A stretch of DNA of 64,000 nt from Daphnia carinata (Eukaryota). The stretch spans positions 12,028,001 to 12,092,000 of the forward strand of contig NC_081331.1 of NCBI RefSeq assembly GCF_022539665.2, read 5' to 3'. A program made the position numbers and the translations under genes. Numbering within the stretch: the stretch's first letter is position 1; every line of letters begins with the position of its first letter. This document shows positions 27,450 to 39,500 of the stretch, one piece after another. Under the pieces are notes generated by a model. The model ran no database searches. It was given only the letters and a program-made list of their open reading frames with translations, and was not told where the DNA came from.

Positions 27450-30400
27450 CTAAAACAAACAAGAAAATAAACGATTGAATTGTCGAAAACAAACAGCAGC
27501 AGCACGCATGTGTGGCATTTCATCACCAACCCGATGATTCAAGCTTTTCACACGAGAGGGAGGAGAAAAAGACAGGGACAGAAGAGAAAGTCATCAACAG
27601 AACAACAAACAGCAGCGGTTCTAAATTCGTGTCAGTAAATAACGTCAACAATTTCAGCATTATTTCATTTACACCCAAAGCCGTTCTGGCATGTACGGCT
27701 AAATAGCTCCATCATGCCATTTTCTTTTAGATTCTAATGCGGAGTGACTGTAGGCTACATCTGTTTTTGTGGGTGTGCTATATTCTACGCCAATTATACA
27801 TGCAGCCAAGTCTTATTTTTGTCATATCATTCGTTTCTGTCATTTTCTAGTGGCATATTATCACCCCGTTTTGTTTTGTGGCCATTCAAACAACTTGAAA
27901 TGGAAATTAAAATTTCACATTTTATTAGGAAACTGCCATTTCTCCTCAAATAATTGCATAGCTGTCTTGACCAGAGGAGAAAAGGTATGTTAACATAGAA
28001 TTACCTGTCCTTCACATTCGACGAAAGCTTAGAGGACGGAAAAGAAAATGTTGCACAAGCCAATCGCGTAATGTTTTTGTTCCACATGTCCGTGTTTTGC
28101 AAAAGAACAAGAAACCCATTTGGAAGGTCATTCGTTCTAGCAGTCTACACGCCAAAAAAATATCGGTTCATCTCAGTACCTGTGTACATATTCGGACAAG
28201 GTAATAAATCAAACAGCACGGGATTTACGTGGAAATACAAGAACAAAATATAATAAGCGAAGACAAGATCCTTGTTTCCAACGAAAACCTTGGCCAGAAG
28301 GGTGAAAGATAACGTTTTCTAAACCCAACCATAGCCGATGTAATGGCCAACTGGTCATGTCGTCATAGTAATTGTTTCCTTTTTTGGGTAGTAAAACAAT
28401 GTCATGTCCCGTTCAAAACTATATCCAGATACCACTCATACTTTAGTTGAATTTTTAGAAAATCACCTGTAAACCCATGCCATAAAATTTCTGGTTATTT
28501 AAAAATAGAACTGGAAGAAATGTTCTTTTTTTTTTTCAAGATCGGAAAGTTTTGACTGCGTCATCTGGGTTTTTCTTTCGTTCACGAAATTGAAAAGAAA
28601 TCCTTGACTGGTTTGCATGTGTCTCTCCCCTGTAGCTGCAGAGTTACACGTTCATTTCTCTTGCATTGTTCTTTATCATTCGAGCGAATGCGCACGATGT
28701 GCAACGCTCCTATTGAACAAAGGGGAAAGAAGCAAAGGTAAAGAAATGAAGGACGTCAACAAAGAGATAAACCACTCGCTTAGATCTAATATTGAGGTTC
28801 TAAAGTGTTCAGCGAACCGTAACACATTTTTGAATTTATCATAAAAGTTTCGATTTCTAGCGCAATTCATCATCCGCTACTTTCTCGCACACCTTCATGA
28901 GATATATAATTGAACTCCATCGCTGTTCTCGTTTTGCGTAGCGAATTGTCCTAACCGACAGCGTATGACAGATCATCATTTTCTCAAAATAAGTTGATGA
29001 CTAGATATTCTCGGAAGCAAATTACAGAACTATTCCAGCAGTGATTAAATCTTTAAAAGAAATGGTAACAAAAAACTTGAAGCGCCTGTAACAAGAGCAA
29101 GAAGCAATCATAACTGCATTCTCTGGATGTTGGCCATCGTCATCTTCTTTCAGCACCGAGTCCAGACGCGAAACAGTGGTGCTAGGTGACAAAAGAAGGT
29201 TATAGAATGAAGATTTAAGCCTAATTTTCCCCTAACCCACATGGTTTTAGGAGGCGCTTATGCCGGGCTCCGAGAACGCATACGTCGGAAGATGGAAGGC
29301 TTTAATTTATTACTGACATTTCTTTCTTGAGATTACATAATAATTTACCTTGGCAAGGAAGAAGAAAACAAAAGAATAATACAGAAACAAGGGACACAAT
29401 TTTTTTAAGTCTGTTACTGAAATTGGGAAGCGGCAGTTGAGAAGGGAATCGTTTGAGGGGAAAAAGACATCAATTTTAGATTTCTTCCTTTTTTTGCTTC
29501 TTTGTTAGTATTAACTTTAGAAAAACAGAAATATGCTAGTTTGGAGTAGTGCCAGAACAGGCCAGTCTTCCTTTGCATATGGAAAATTACTGCGAGCGGG
29601 AATCCGAGTACGTTATTCACAAATTTCGTTATTCTGATGCACGATACAAATAAGCCGGATCTGCCAAACTGTTCGATACGAAAAAACTAAGGTTTTTCAT
29701 CCTGGCTATTGTTCATTAGGAATTATGAATTAGCTAACTGAATGTACTGAGCATGACAACCTAATTACTCCATACTTGCAGGATTTTTGCAACGTTTTGC
29801 TCCTCAATTAAATCAGGAACGATTGCACGAATGGTTTGTCATATTGCTGTTAACGGTCCCCAGAAGGAACGCGAGTAATGGTGGACGTCTTTGAGTAGAC
29901 GCGAACGAGACTTCCTAATTCAGTAAACATTTAGGAACTCCACTTGTTTGACTTTCCTCGCGCAAAATCTTAGTCCCAAACATCTTCTGAATTCACGACA
30001 TGCGATAGTCGAACTGATTTATCACGACTTACAATATAACTCGGATCAATACAAATCAGTTACGGTCGCTGATCCCTTCCCGGATATTTTTTGCGGCAGA
30101 GAATTAAAAATTTTCCGGCAAAAACTTTTCTGATCAATGAATAGGCAAACAAAAGATGTAATTAAATGAAAAAGTCAACAAAGAACTTAGGTTCTTACCT
30201 CAGGTTATGGAGCACGCAATAAAAAGCAAAGTTGGGTACACCACGGATACGAAGTTTTTTGCCGGGATCAGCGTCTCTGATGACTCCAGCAAATCGGATC
30301 GAAAAGCAACATCCGAAAAAAAAATGTCGCCAGTGAAGGTTGGTAAAATCTATGTCATTCGGGAGCCATGATTTTTTTTACACACCGGCAAAAACGCGCA

Positions 30401-33400
30401 TTTGGCTGCAGCACGTTCTCCGTTGCCCAACATTTCTCCATTCAAAATCTCACGAAAAATCGCAAATGTCGGATAAAAAGTGACAGATAATTTCATTTAA
30501 CGCTTTCTAGGTCGAGTTTTCCAAGAATCATGCATTCTCAACATGCCAGTGATGAGAGAGAAAAAAAATGTTCTCTTGCTAACGAGGTCCGATGAAGAAG
30601 GACAAAATTTCATTTGACCTCTTTCATCGTATCAATCTGACTACAGATTTTGTTGGCAAGGATGACAGTCGTATACATCGGCCTCACTACATGTCATGTG
30701 CTATAGGAAATCCATCATAATCGTACAGTCCCCCTAGCCTTTTGACTATTTGAAATTCGATGACTAATTGAGAGCGTTAATTGAAAGCGTCTGTTGGCGG
30801 CCAAACCACGTCAATTCTTTATTGTCAAAAACTGACGTGACGAGTCGTTATTAAAAATGTTTTAATCTTAATCTTGAGTGGGACGAGTGGACAGGCAAGT
30901 TCACGTTGTTGCTCAATGATTCATTTAAACAAACATCGATGATGCAACGCTTTGCCAGTGTGACGTGATCGTCATAACGTAGCTGCTCCTGGGAAATAAA
31001 CAATGCTGTTTCACGTGTGCTCACAACGTTTAGATGTCGGACAACTTGATACAATATGAGGACCTGGACTCAGTCGCTGCATGACTGGTTTGCAAAAAAT
31101 CTTGACATCTTTCACATCCACTCATGTGGGCTCTTTGATAGTGTAGAAAGATATAATTAGGGAAAGTGACCGACGCCACGCAGACCCTAAAAACTATCTA
31201 ACCGTTGGTTAATATGTACAAAATCCTAGAAATAAATTCATATACTTAAATTTAAATACTTATTTATACTGTCTGACTGCCTCGAAAATTGCAAATAGCC
31301 ATTAGCATTTCCTGGCGCTTGTCGACTGATTACCGTGGAAGGTACTATAATCGCAATAGTAGTGTGGATAACGAAATGTATTGTTCATCCGCGACGTGAT
31401 ACATGGCTGTTGGAAAGATTTACCCTACACAATAAAATGACATGCAAAATCCAATGCCTCTTTCATGTTTCTATTCTATCAGCCTCCTATGTCGCGTTGG
31501 AGATGCTCGAGGTTGTTGGCAGATCTCCATCGCGTCCGTCACCATACACAGCGCTCAGATTACTACTTAGCTAAAAAGCCTCGCTTGTCTCAGTGGTTGT
31601 TCCACTAGCCTCTGTTTTCCGTTAGTGTTGTCTTATACGCATTTTTCCAACAACGTTTTGCTGTCGACAATATAAGACCGCCGTTCCTGCTTAAGTCTGT
31701 GTTTTTATTGTCTCTTTGCCTTTCTATTTATTTCTGTTTGGTTTTCCGACTCGTCACAACGCCACCAGCGTCTACGTCTTATTTCGTGTTGCAGACGAAA
31801 ACCGACAGGCAGAGTTCTCAACAACTCCGCTTGTAATTGCTAACGGTCTTTTATTTATTCTCCACCCTAAGATTGAAACGCCAAGCTACTGGGAACGCGG
31901 TCACATAAGTTTCAAATGACCCGGAAAGAATTTTCTTTTTTGTATGTGGTTATCTCAAGATGGACAATCGAGAGCATCAGAACCATTTTGTAAGCTTTGT
32001 GCGACGAGGCCTCCACAGTCGGCGAACTTGTACAATCGGTCGGCTGTGTTAGCACACGCACTAGCAATTTATCAATATTTGATTTGCTTATTCGCTTTTT
32101 GTTTGCTTTGTATTACACTTCCGTCTTGCGCTCGTGGATTTACCTCTTCTAATCCGCTCCGAACACCAAGAAGAGCAATCAAGTATACCGCCGAATCGTA
32201 GAGTGTGTGTCTCATGTCATCCGGAGTAACGCTTGTTTGGAAACGTCTTTCACGAGCAGTTAAAGAAAGAGCGCGGTAGTTAACCTAGATCCGTCTAGAG
32301 ATGCCATCATGCGGGAGTGAGTTAAAGAGGAATCACCGCAGTCTTGTAAGTCAAGAAGTAAAATATGGAGAAGCAAGGAAGTACAGATGGCAGGGACACC
32401 ATTGGAAATAAAAGGAGTGAAGTAGGGAGAGAAAAAAGAATAAAAGAACACCCAAACGAGATTGCTAGACTGCAAGATGTAACTTGGCCGTTAAAGTTGT
32501 CCTCCACAATATAGCACGTGTTTATCGCGTTCATGTACTCGCACAAAACTCTCAATGATTGTAGAGAATAGAAGCTTTAAAGTGCCGGAAAGAAGCCAAA
32601 GCGTCCCGTTTGCGGCGTATGGTTCATGTGAAAATCTCGATAGTCTGCCGACAATCGTCATGACGCAAGAAATAAACAGGAACGATGCACGTTAACGTGT
32701 GCACTAAAGTACACGATTGCTTATAGCAAACTTGTTTTCAGGCTAAATCTCACTAAAAACTGAAAGAAACAGTGTGACGAAAATGAGGGGCGAATTTTAG
32801 TAGGACTTGTCATGAACTATGCAACCCAGCGGCTTCTTGGAAATCGAGTCTCGTCGCCACATTTTTAATTAGAACATACCATTGAAACATTCATCGTGTC
32901 ATTCTTGCATCTTTAGTTTGTTGGAGCTTGGTTCGGTTTCGTTCCTGTTTTACTAAGCTGCCTCGTATGTCTATCTTCATTTCGTTCGCCATTTCATAAA
33001 CCGATAGATTAGATACTACTTCCCTTGTAGTGGCTGTAAATATCGTTTTATTTTGGATATGATGCACAGTGCCTATCTTTTACCGCACAGGTAACCATGG
33101 TAGAAGTTTACTAGACGCTTAGAGGTATGGCGATGTCGGATTTTAATATATTTTCTAGTCCTACTATGTAGGCCTCTAGCTTTACAGTAATTGGCCAAAA
33201 TTGTGAAGAAATGAATACAGGCTGTCTTTTTAAAGTTGACTTCACGGTGAGGCCGATTTGTTTTTTACTTTGCCTAGTAACCACTGAAGCGGGCCCTCAT
33301 TGTTATGTTATCCGCCCTCAATATCGACCGCTCGTCAGGATGTATTGTAATGTACCAGAGAAGGTCAATGGGAAGGACACAATACCGCACGCCAAAGAAG

Positions 33401-35449
33401 CTCATCGCTGGAGCGACCAGACGCAGCCAAAGAGATGACGAGCGTGAAAGGGAGTTCTTTTTATAGTTTCATTCGTCTTCGCTTTTTTTTTCTCGGCTTC
33501 ACCCACTGAGCTACCACGACTATGTAATGAATGTCTCTGGAAGATAACGATGGGCAAGACCACACAACAACAACAAAAAATAATAACAATAATAACAAAC
33601 AAAAAACGTGGCTTTCTCCTTTTGTGATTTTGTTTTTTTACTACGGAGAATATCAATCATCTGCAGCTAATAAAGAAGAACACAGCCCACCAATCTTACA
33701 TGTTTTTGAAATATTCTGATTGAAACACGAAAATAAACTACCGCGAAAATGAAAAAGAAAGCATTTGCGTATTGCTATGTGTGTCTCTTCAAATTTTGAA
33801 ACGAAAATGAAAGACGTGCATCGTCATATATGGATAAAGGCCGACTATTACGAAACCTCCTGCTGGTGATGTGTTCGTAAACAATCTGGATGCATGCTGG
33901 GACCGGCCTGTACAAGCCCAAATAGCTGGAACGTGTCAGTCAACCATATTAGACTTACCGATACATCTAAGAAGGCAAAAGTGTTTGTTACACCAGTCCC
34001 AGGGGCAGTACAAGTGCACTGCCGAACCTAATATTTAAACGATTCATTCGAAAATTTAGTATGCTTTCAAGAAGCACAAAATGTTTTATTTTTTTATAAT
34101 GCCAAAAAGTTGGGCATATTTAAACTCTGTTTTCTTTTATAGGGTTTGTACTGATATACCATTGAGTTCAGTTTAACGGCTATTAAACTGAATTCAATGG
34201 CCGACTTCTATATCTTGAATGGCTGCTATTGTCTTGACAACATGATTCATGGAAGTAAACGCTTGCTCACCAGCAATGACTAACCGTGCATTTGCCGCCC
34301 CCAACATTTCGCGTGACTCAATCAGGTTTTTTTTCTTTTTCATTCGGAGACTCTACAAGAATGCCTATTTACGTCTGCAACCCGTGGTAGCTAACAAGAC
34401 AATTATACGTCGTTGGCGTCCTATGAAATGGAAACATAATTGACTAGACCTTCTTTAAGTCTTTCGTCCGTTCGTACCGTTTTCATTCTTTTCCTCTTCA
34501 TTATCCATCGATGGATGCTGGCAAAACGCTTTCAGTATGAATTCTTTTTTCTAAAGAAATTGAAACTGTTTAATTTGTTAAGTTTTTTTTTTTTTTGTGT
34601 GTAAAATAGCAGTGTATTTCCTTGTCCGTGATCGTCTCTGTTTTAATCTTCTCGTCTTCTCGCGTCTAGGTTTGTACTATACCTGACGTGTATACATATC
34701 CGTGCCACCACATCCTACGCAAGATGTAAACGTTTGGCCCAATTTTCTTGTGTCTGAAAATCGATCGAGCTCTGCTCACGTCCATTTAAAAAAAGAATAG
34801 AAACAAAGAACGCGATGGATACATACGTACATATACGTAAGAAGGAAGAGATGGAGACCTGGAAAAGGGAAAGAAAAATGAAAATGAAAATGACAAATAA
34901 GGACCTATAGGAAACAGAGGAAACGCTCCGATCTCCCTCATATTTCCATCAACAGACAAGGGAGACCATATCACAATGGCAGAGGGACTTTTTTTTCAAA
35001 CACGGATGGAGCATACAGTACATATAATTTACATATACAGATATAAATATAGCCGACATACGCTTACTGCTGTATACATTGACGGTTTGTTACAGGGTAG
35101 AGAAGGAGAGAACCTCGGCACTGAAGACCAGGAAGATAAAAAAAAAATCGGATTCGTCTGATCTTGGCAGGGAAAAGATCGTATATTAATTGACGTGATC
35201 AAATGGAGTAGGAAACTGTGAAGTTGTTATGGCGGAAATCCTTTTTTTCACCGAATTCGAGGCGATGTCAATCGTCATTTCTTCTCAATTACAACAAGAA
35301 TTGCGATGCAGCTGCATCGGCTGTCGCCTTGTATCGATCGACTTGACGCAGTTGCATCTTTCGCATTGAATTCGATGCCCGGTACATATGGAGCGCGCAT
35401 GAGAAGCTGTCCCCCCGCCCTGCACGAGAGGCCATTAGCTCACGCGTGA

Positions 35450-36561
35450 CTAGACGCGGAGTTCGTCAATGGCACTATTACCTACTGGATTGGCTATTCG
35501 TTTATTGGATTGTTTTCTCAGAGACATGGAACGCTGCTGCTGTTGTTGCTGCTGTGACTGTTGCAATGACGTCACAGACGGCAATGGGTACTCGTTATTG
35601 CAGAAACCAGTTGTTGACATCCTCGGAAGCGTGCTGGTTGATGACGATGCGTCCGTGCCTACCGGCCGAAACGAAACCGTTGAATTGGAAATCATGGAGG
35701 CCCGCCCGTTACTGTTGCTACCGCTAGGACAGCCCGTCGTCGTTGTTCCCATTGCGGCAGGACACTGATCTTCGGATGGAAAATCAGCGAACTCCGGAGG
35801 CGGTAACTGAGTGATGGATGAGTTGAATGGTGAACTGAGGGACATGACAGACGACGAAGGGTTGATAACTACAGCTGTCGCTGTGTTTCTACTCGATCCA
35901 CTTGATGAATCTGCTTTGTTCAACGCAACCCCGTTCGCCAAATCAGGTTTGCTACATAACCTGGTTGAAGACACCATGGTGGATGCGTGATTTTCCACTT
36001 CACCACTGACGCTGGTTGAGAGTATCATGCCATTCTCTAGGCGCCGCTTTAATTCCATGCGCTGCTTGTCGCGTTGGTAATAGACGCCGGCAAAAATCAG
36101 GACGTTAAGAATGAGGAGCGAGCAACCAATTGCGATTGTAACGCTTAATGCTGTTGAATAAGCTCCGTACTGTTCGGTATTGCTACCTTCATTCGCTCTG
36201 ACGGCATTCCCGCCCGTGCCACTCAAAATGCGTGAACCGTTGGTCAGTTTGCTGGACGCTTCCGGTTCGCCGTATTTGGCACCCCCACTGTCTGCCTTTC
36301 TTGATGAATCCACCATGAGTAGGCTGGAATTGACGGCTGATGTTATGGGAGAAGGTGACGTCGTGCTGGTGGGCGTCGGTGCCAGTGTAGCGGGCACTAC
36401 CCGGACTTTTCCATCGTATGAGTAAGGATCGTTGTAGTCGTCGAGCAAGTGGTGAACGCGGGCCACATCTTCACCGCTCGGTCTATGCAGGTCCGGAATT
36501 AAGTTTGTCCACATGGCCAGCTTGTGCGATCGGTAATGGCTCTTGGCCTTCGGCTTTAAAC
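35450..36561 (-). CDS. Neuroligin B last coding exon ([26 protein letters not shown]-rich stalk, TM, tail ending DELRV)
   Basis: Acceptor ggaacag| in frame with the 354-aa ORF. TAG at 35450-35452. Confidence 0.95.
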
Positions 36562-39500
36562 CTGTTCCGTTTGTAGGTCACGGATGAACAAATAAAGCGG
36601 AAACATTGTGTAATTTTCGTTTTTTTTTATTAAATGGAGCGCAGGGACTGCGTTAAGACGTTCATGCTCAATAAAGTAAGGAAACAAATGGGAGACAATC
36701 CGCTATATCCAAACGCGTGGGAGGAAAATGTCAGTTGCGTGAATATTATAGTATAACGGCAATGCAACTTCTTGTATAATAATTTGTTTTCGGGAAGGGG
36801 GGCTTATAAGGCTATATCTAGAGGTTCTACATCGGTGATTTTTTTTTTGTCGATTTGATAGCATCAGTTTTTGATCTCATGCCTTGGGGGTTCAAGCATT
36901 ATAGCTCTGAGATATATGATAACCAGATCACTCGAAATCGAGCTTTCCGAATGATGAACAACGTCTAGCGCTGCCGTCGACACCACCGTCAAAGCAAAAA
37001 AAAAAGAAATCAATTTATGGAGCGATCTACTCGATTGTGATTTGAAAAACTGCGTGCCGGAAATAAACGAATCACGATGAATTATTGACATCTGCAGGAT
37101 ATAAATAACTTTCAACGCAGTTCATTCCAAGAACGGTTTGCATTCGAATTTTTTTATGCGTCTTTCTTAAATTCATGCAAATAGGACTATAGTTCTAGAA
37201 GACTGATCTCCAGTTCGCACTAATTCGTTAATTTACTTATTCCCTAAATTGTAGTGCCGAAAAAGAGAAAAACGACTATTAAGATATTGTAAAATACCAT
37301 TCTAGGACATTTGCGCAACTAAACTGTTCCATAATTTAGTGTTACGCAATAGAAAGTGAAAGAAAAGAAAATCTTAAACTCGTTCTGAGGCGTAAAGGCC
37401 GTCAACCCCTGCAGCAATAGAGCACACGCGCTGAACAATTCTCAATTGTGTGGAAATGAAAAAAGATAACGGATCCATTAGGAAGAAAATGAAGAATAGA
37501 AAGATGTAATAGTGCAATATTTAGATTGTTTCTTGAAGCAATCTTTCTATCGGAGCGTGATGGATGTTGTCGTATAAACTTAAGCTAGAGGGCCGAAACA
37601 AAATAAGAATGAAAAAAGGAAGATAAATCGCATATATTGGTGGTTTACGCTTTTAATGTTGTCGTGGCACTTCCGGCCAGATGAAGAAAGCGAAATAAAT
37701 AGTTGATGATTTCTTAATCATTTAAGCCTATTCTCCTTCGTCCCCAAAAAATTACATCAGGATAAACTAAGAAAAGATGAAATAGAAAATAAATAATTAC
37801 CGAGAGATAGATATCTGCGATGGGTTTGGTCGTAAGGTGGCCACTCCACCCGAGATCGAGACTTGTCTTGCTTGCCGGCCTCAGCTGCTATACTGCCGGA
37901 TGCGATGCTTCCGGCGCCTTCATTCGGATTCCTGCAAATAGCGAAAATTGTGCGACAGGGATGTAGTGCAACGCGATAGGCGAAAATCAATACAGCGCCA
38001 AGACTAATACAATTTGCTCGAGTGAATAGGGATACATATATTTAGACCACGAGCCTTGCACAAGAGGACTTTTATTCGATATGTAATCAAGAGGATATTT
38101 AGTGACGTAAAGCTTACCCGCTGCGAGCGAAGTTTGACCAGTAGGCGATGACGACTTCCGAGAGAGCAGCTTCGGCTTTGGTGTAGTTGCGTCCAAAGTG
38201 GCTCAGCGATGAAACCAGCGGTGCTCCGAAGATGTAGGCCAGTTCCTCTCCGTGAACGCAGCCTGGCCTCTGTTTGGTTCGATCGCCATCGCAATAATAA
38301 GGAAACAAAGCGAAGAATGAGCGTTTGATTGCCTCGTCAAAGGGCTTCTCGTCGTATATATCCAATTCCTTCTTACTGAACGATTTTTCTTATACTATAT
38401 ATTACTATTATCTTTCGGGTATCTTTCCCAGACTTATTCTTCCCCCGGGTTTCATTGACGTATTGCCTTTATATAAGCAGCCGTTCAATAGATTAGCCCG
38501 TAAAAGGCTAATCGTAATACTTTTACGTAGGACATACTGGGCAGGCAAGGAGTCCCTCGTCGTGTACAGATCGGACATCGCGAACCATGGCCCTAACGTC
38601 GATTCATATGATTCAGATAATAAATGAAATTAGGTCTACGTAAGTGTACAGCATCCACTGTACCGTAGCTACAACCATTCATGTCGTAGACGAAGATGAA
38701 TAGTTTTCTTTTAAATACCTATAATGCAGGCACATGACCTAAGAAAGAGCTCGTCCCTAAAGAAATAAGAAAATACGTTGACAAACTTTCAGCTTAACGT
38801 CCTCCAACTATCTGGATAAACGCGAAAAGCCTGTTGAATGAAGCCAGTGGCCATCTGGCTTTTTTTGAAAACCTGTCACCCCTATCGTAACAAAAAAAAA
38901 TGGGAACAAGCAATAAATCAATCGGCTAAACCTTCTCCAACCAACTAGCATAAACGCGTTTTCTTCGTTACACATATATGGTAGGCGGCCAATTTACTAA
39001 GCAAGCTTGGTTGATTGCATGCGGCGAGACATAGGAGTTGCAATCGAACACGTTTGGTTGGGTTCTCCTTCAAAACTGACGTAAAGAATGCGCTATTGAA
39101 CCATTCCTCATTGTTTGCTGCTTTCATTGTCAAGACTGTCGAGTCTGTGCGCGTGTGGGATGTGTCACGGAATAGTGTCTTGATTGTAGCCTTCTTGGTG
39201 GCAAATTGCCGGCCAATATAGCACAGCTTATCAAACAAAAAAGGTTGAAAATATTTAATCCAAAAAGAAATTTATTTCTCCAGAGCTTAGGGGTCCAATA
39301 AAGTCCTCCGTCTATCTTTCCGGGAAGCGTGCCATGCTTCCATCGTCCAATCTTTTAGGACAGCCGAATAACCGGCTACCTTCAATAGAAAGTGAACTAT
39401 ACCATTAACTTGTTTGTTTTGTTAAACTTAATTTTTTTTTTCCTGTGAAAAATAAACGATGTTGAAATGCTTTGCATAACAAGACGAGAACATGTCGACT

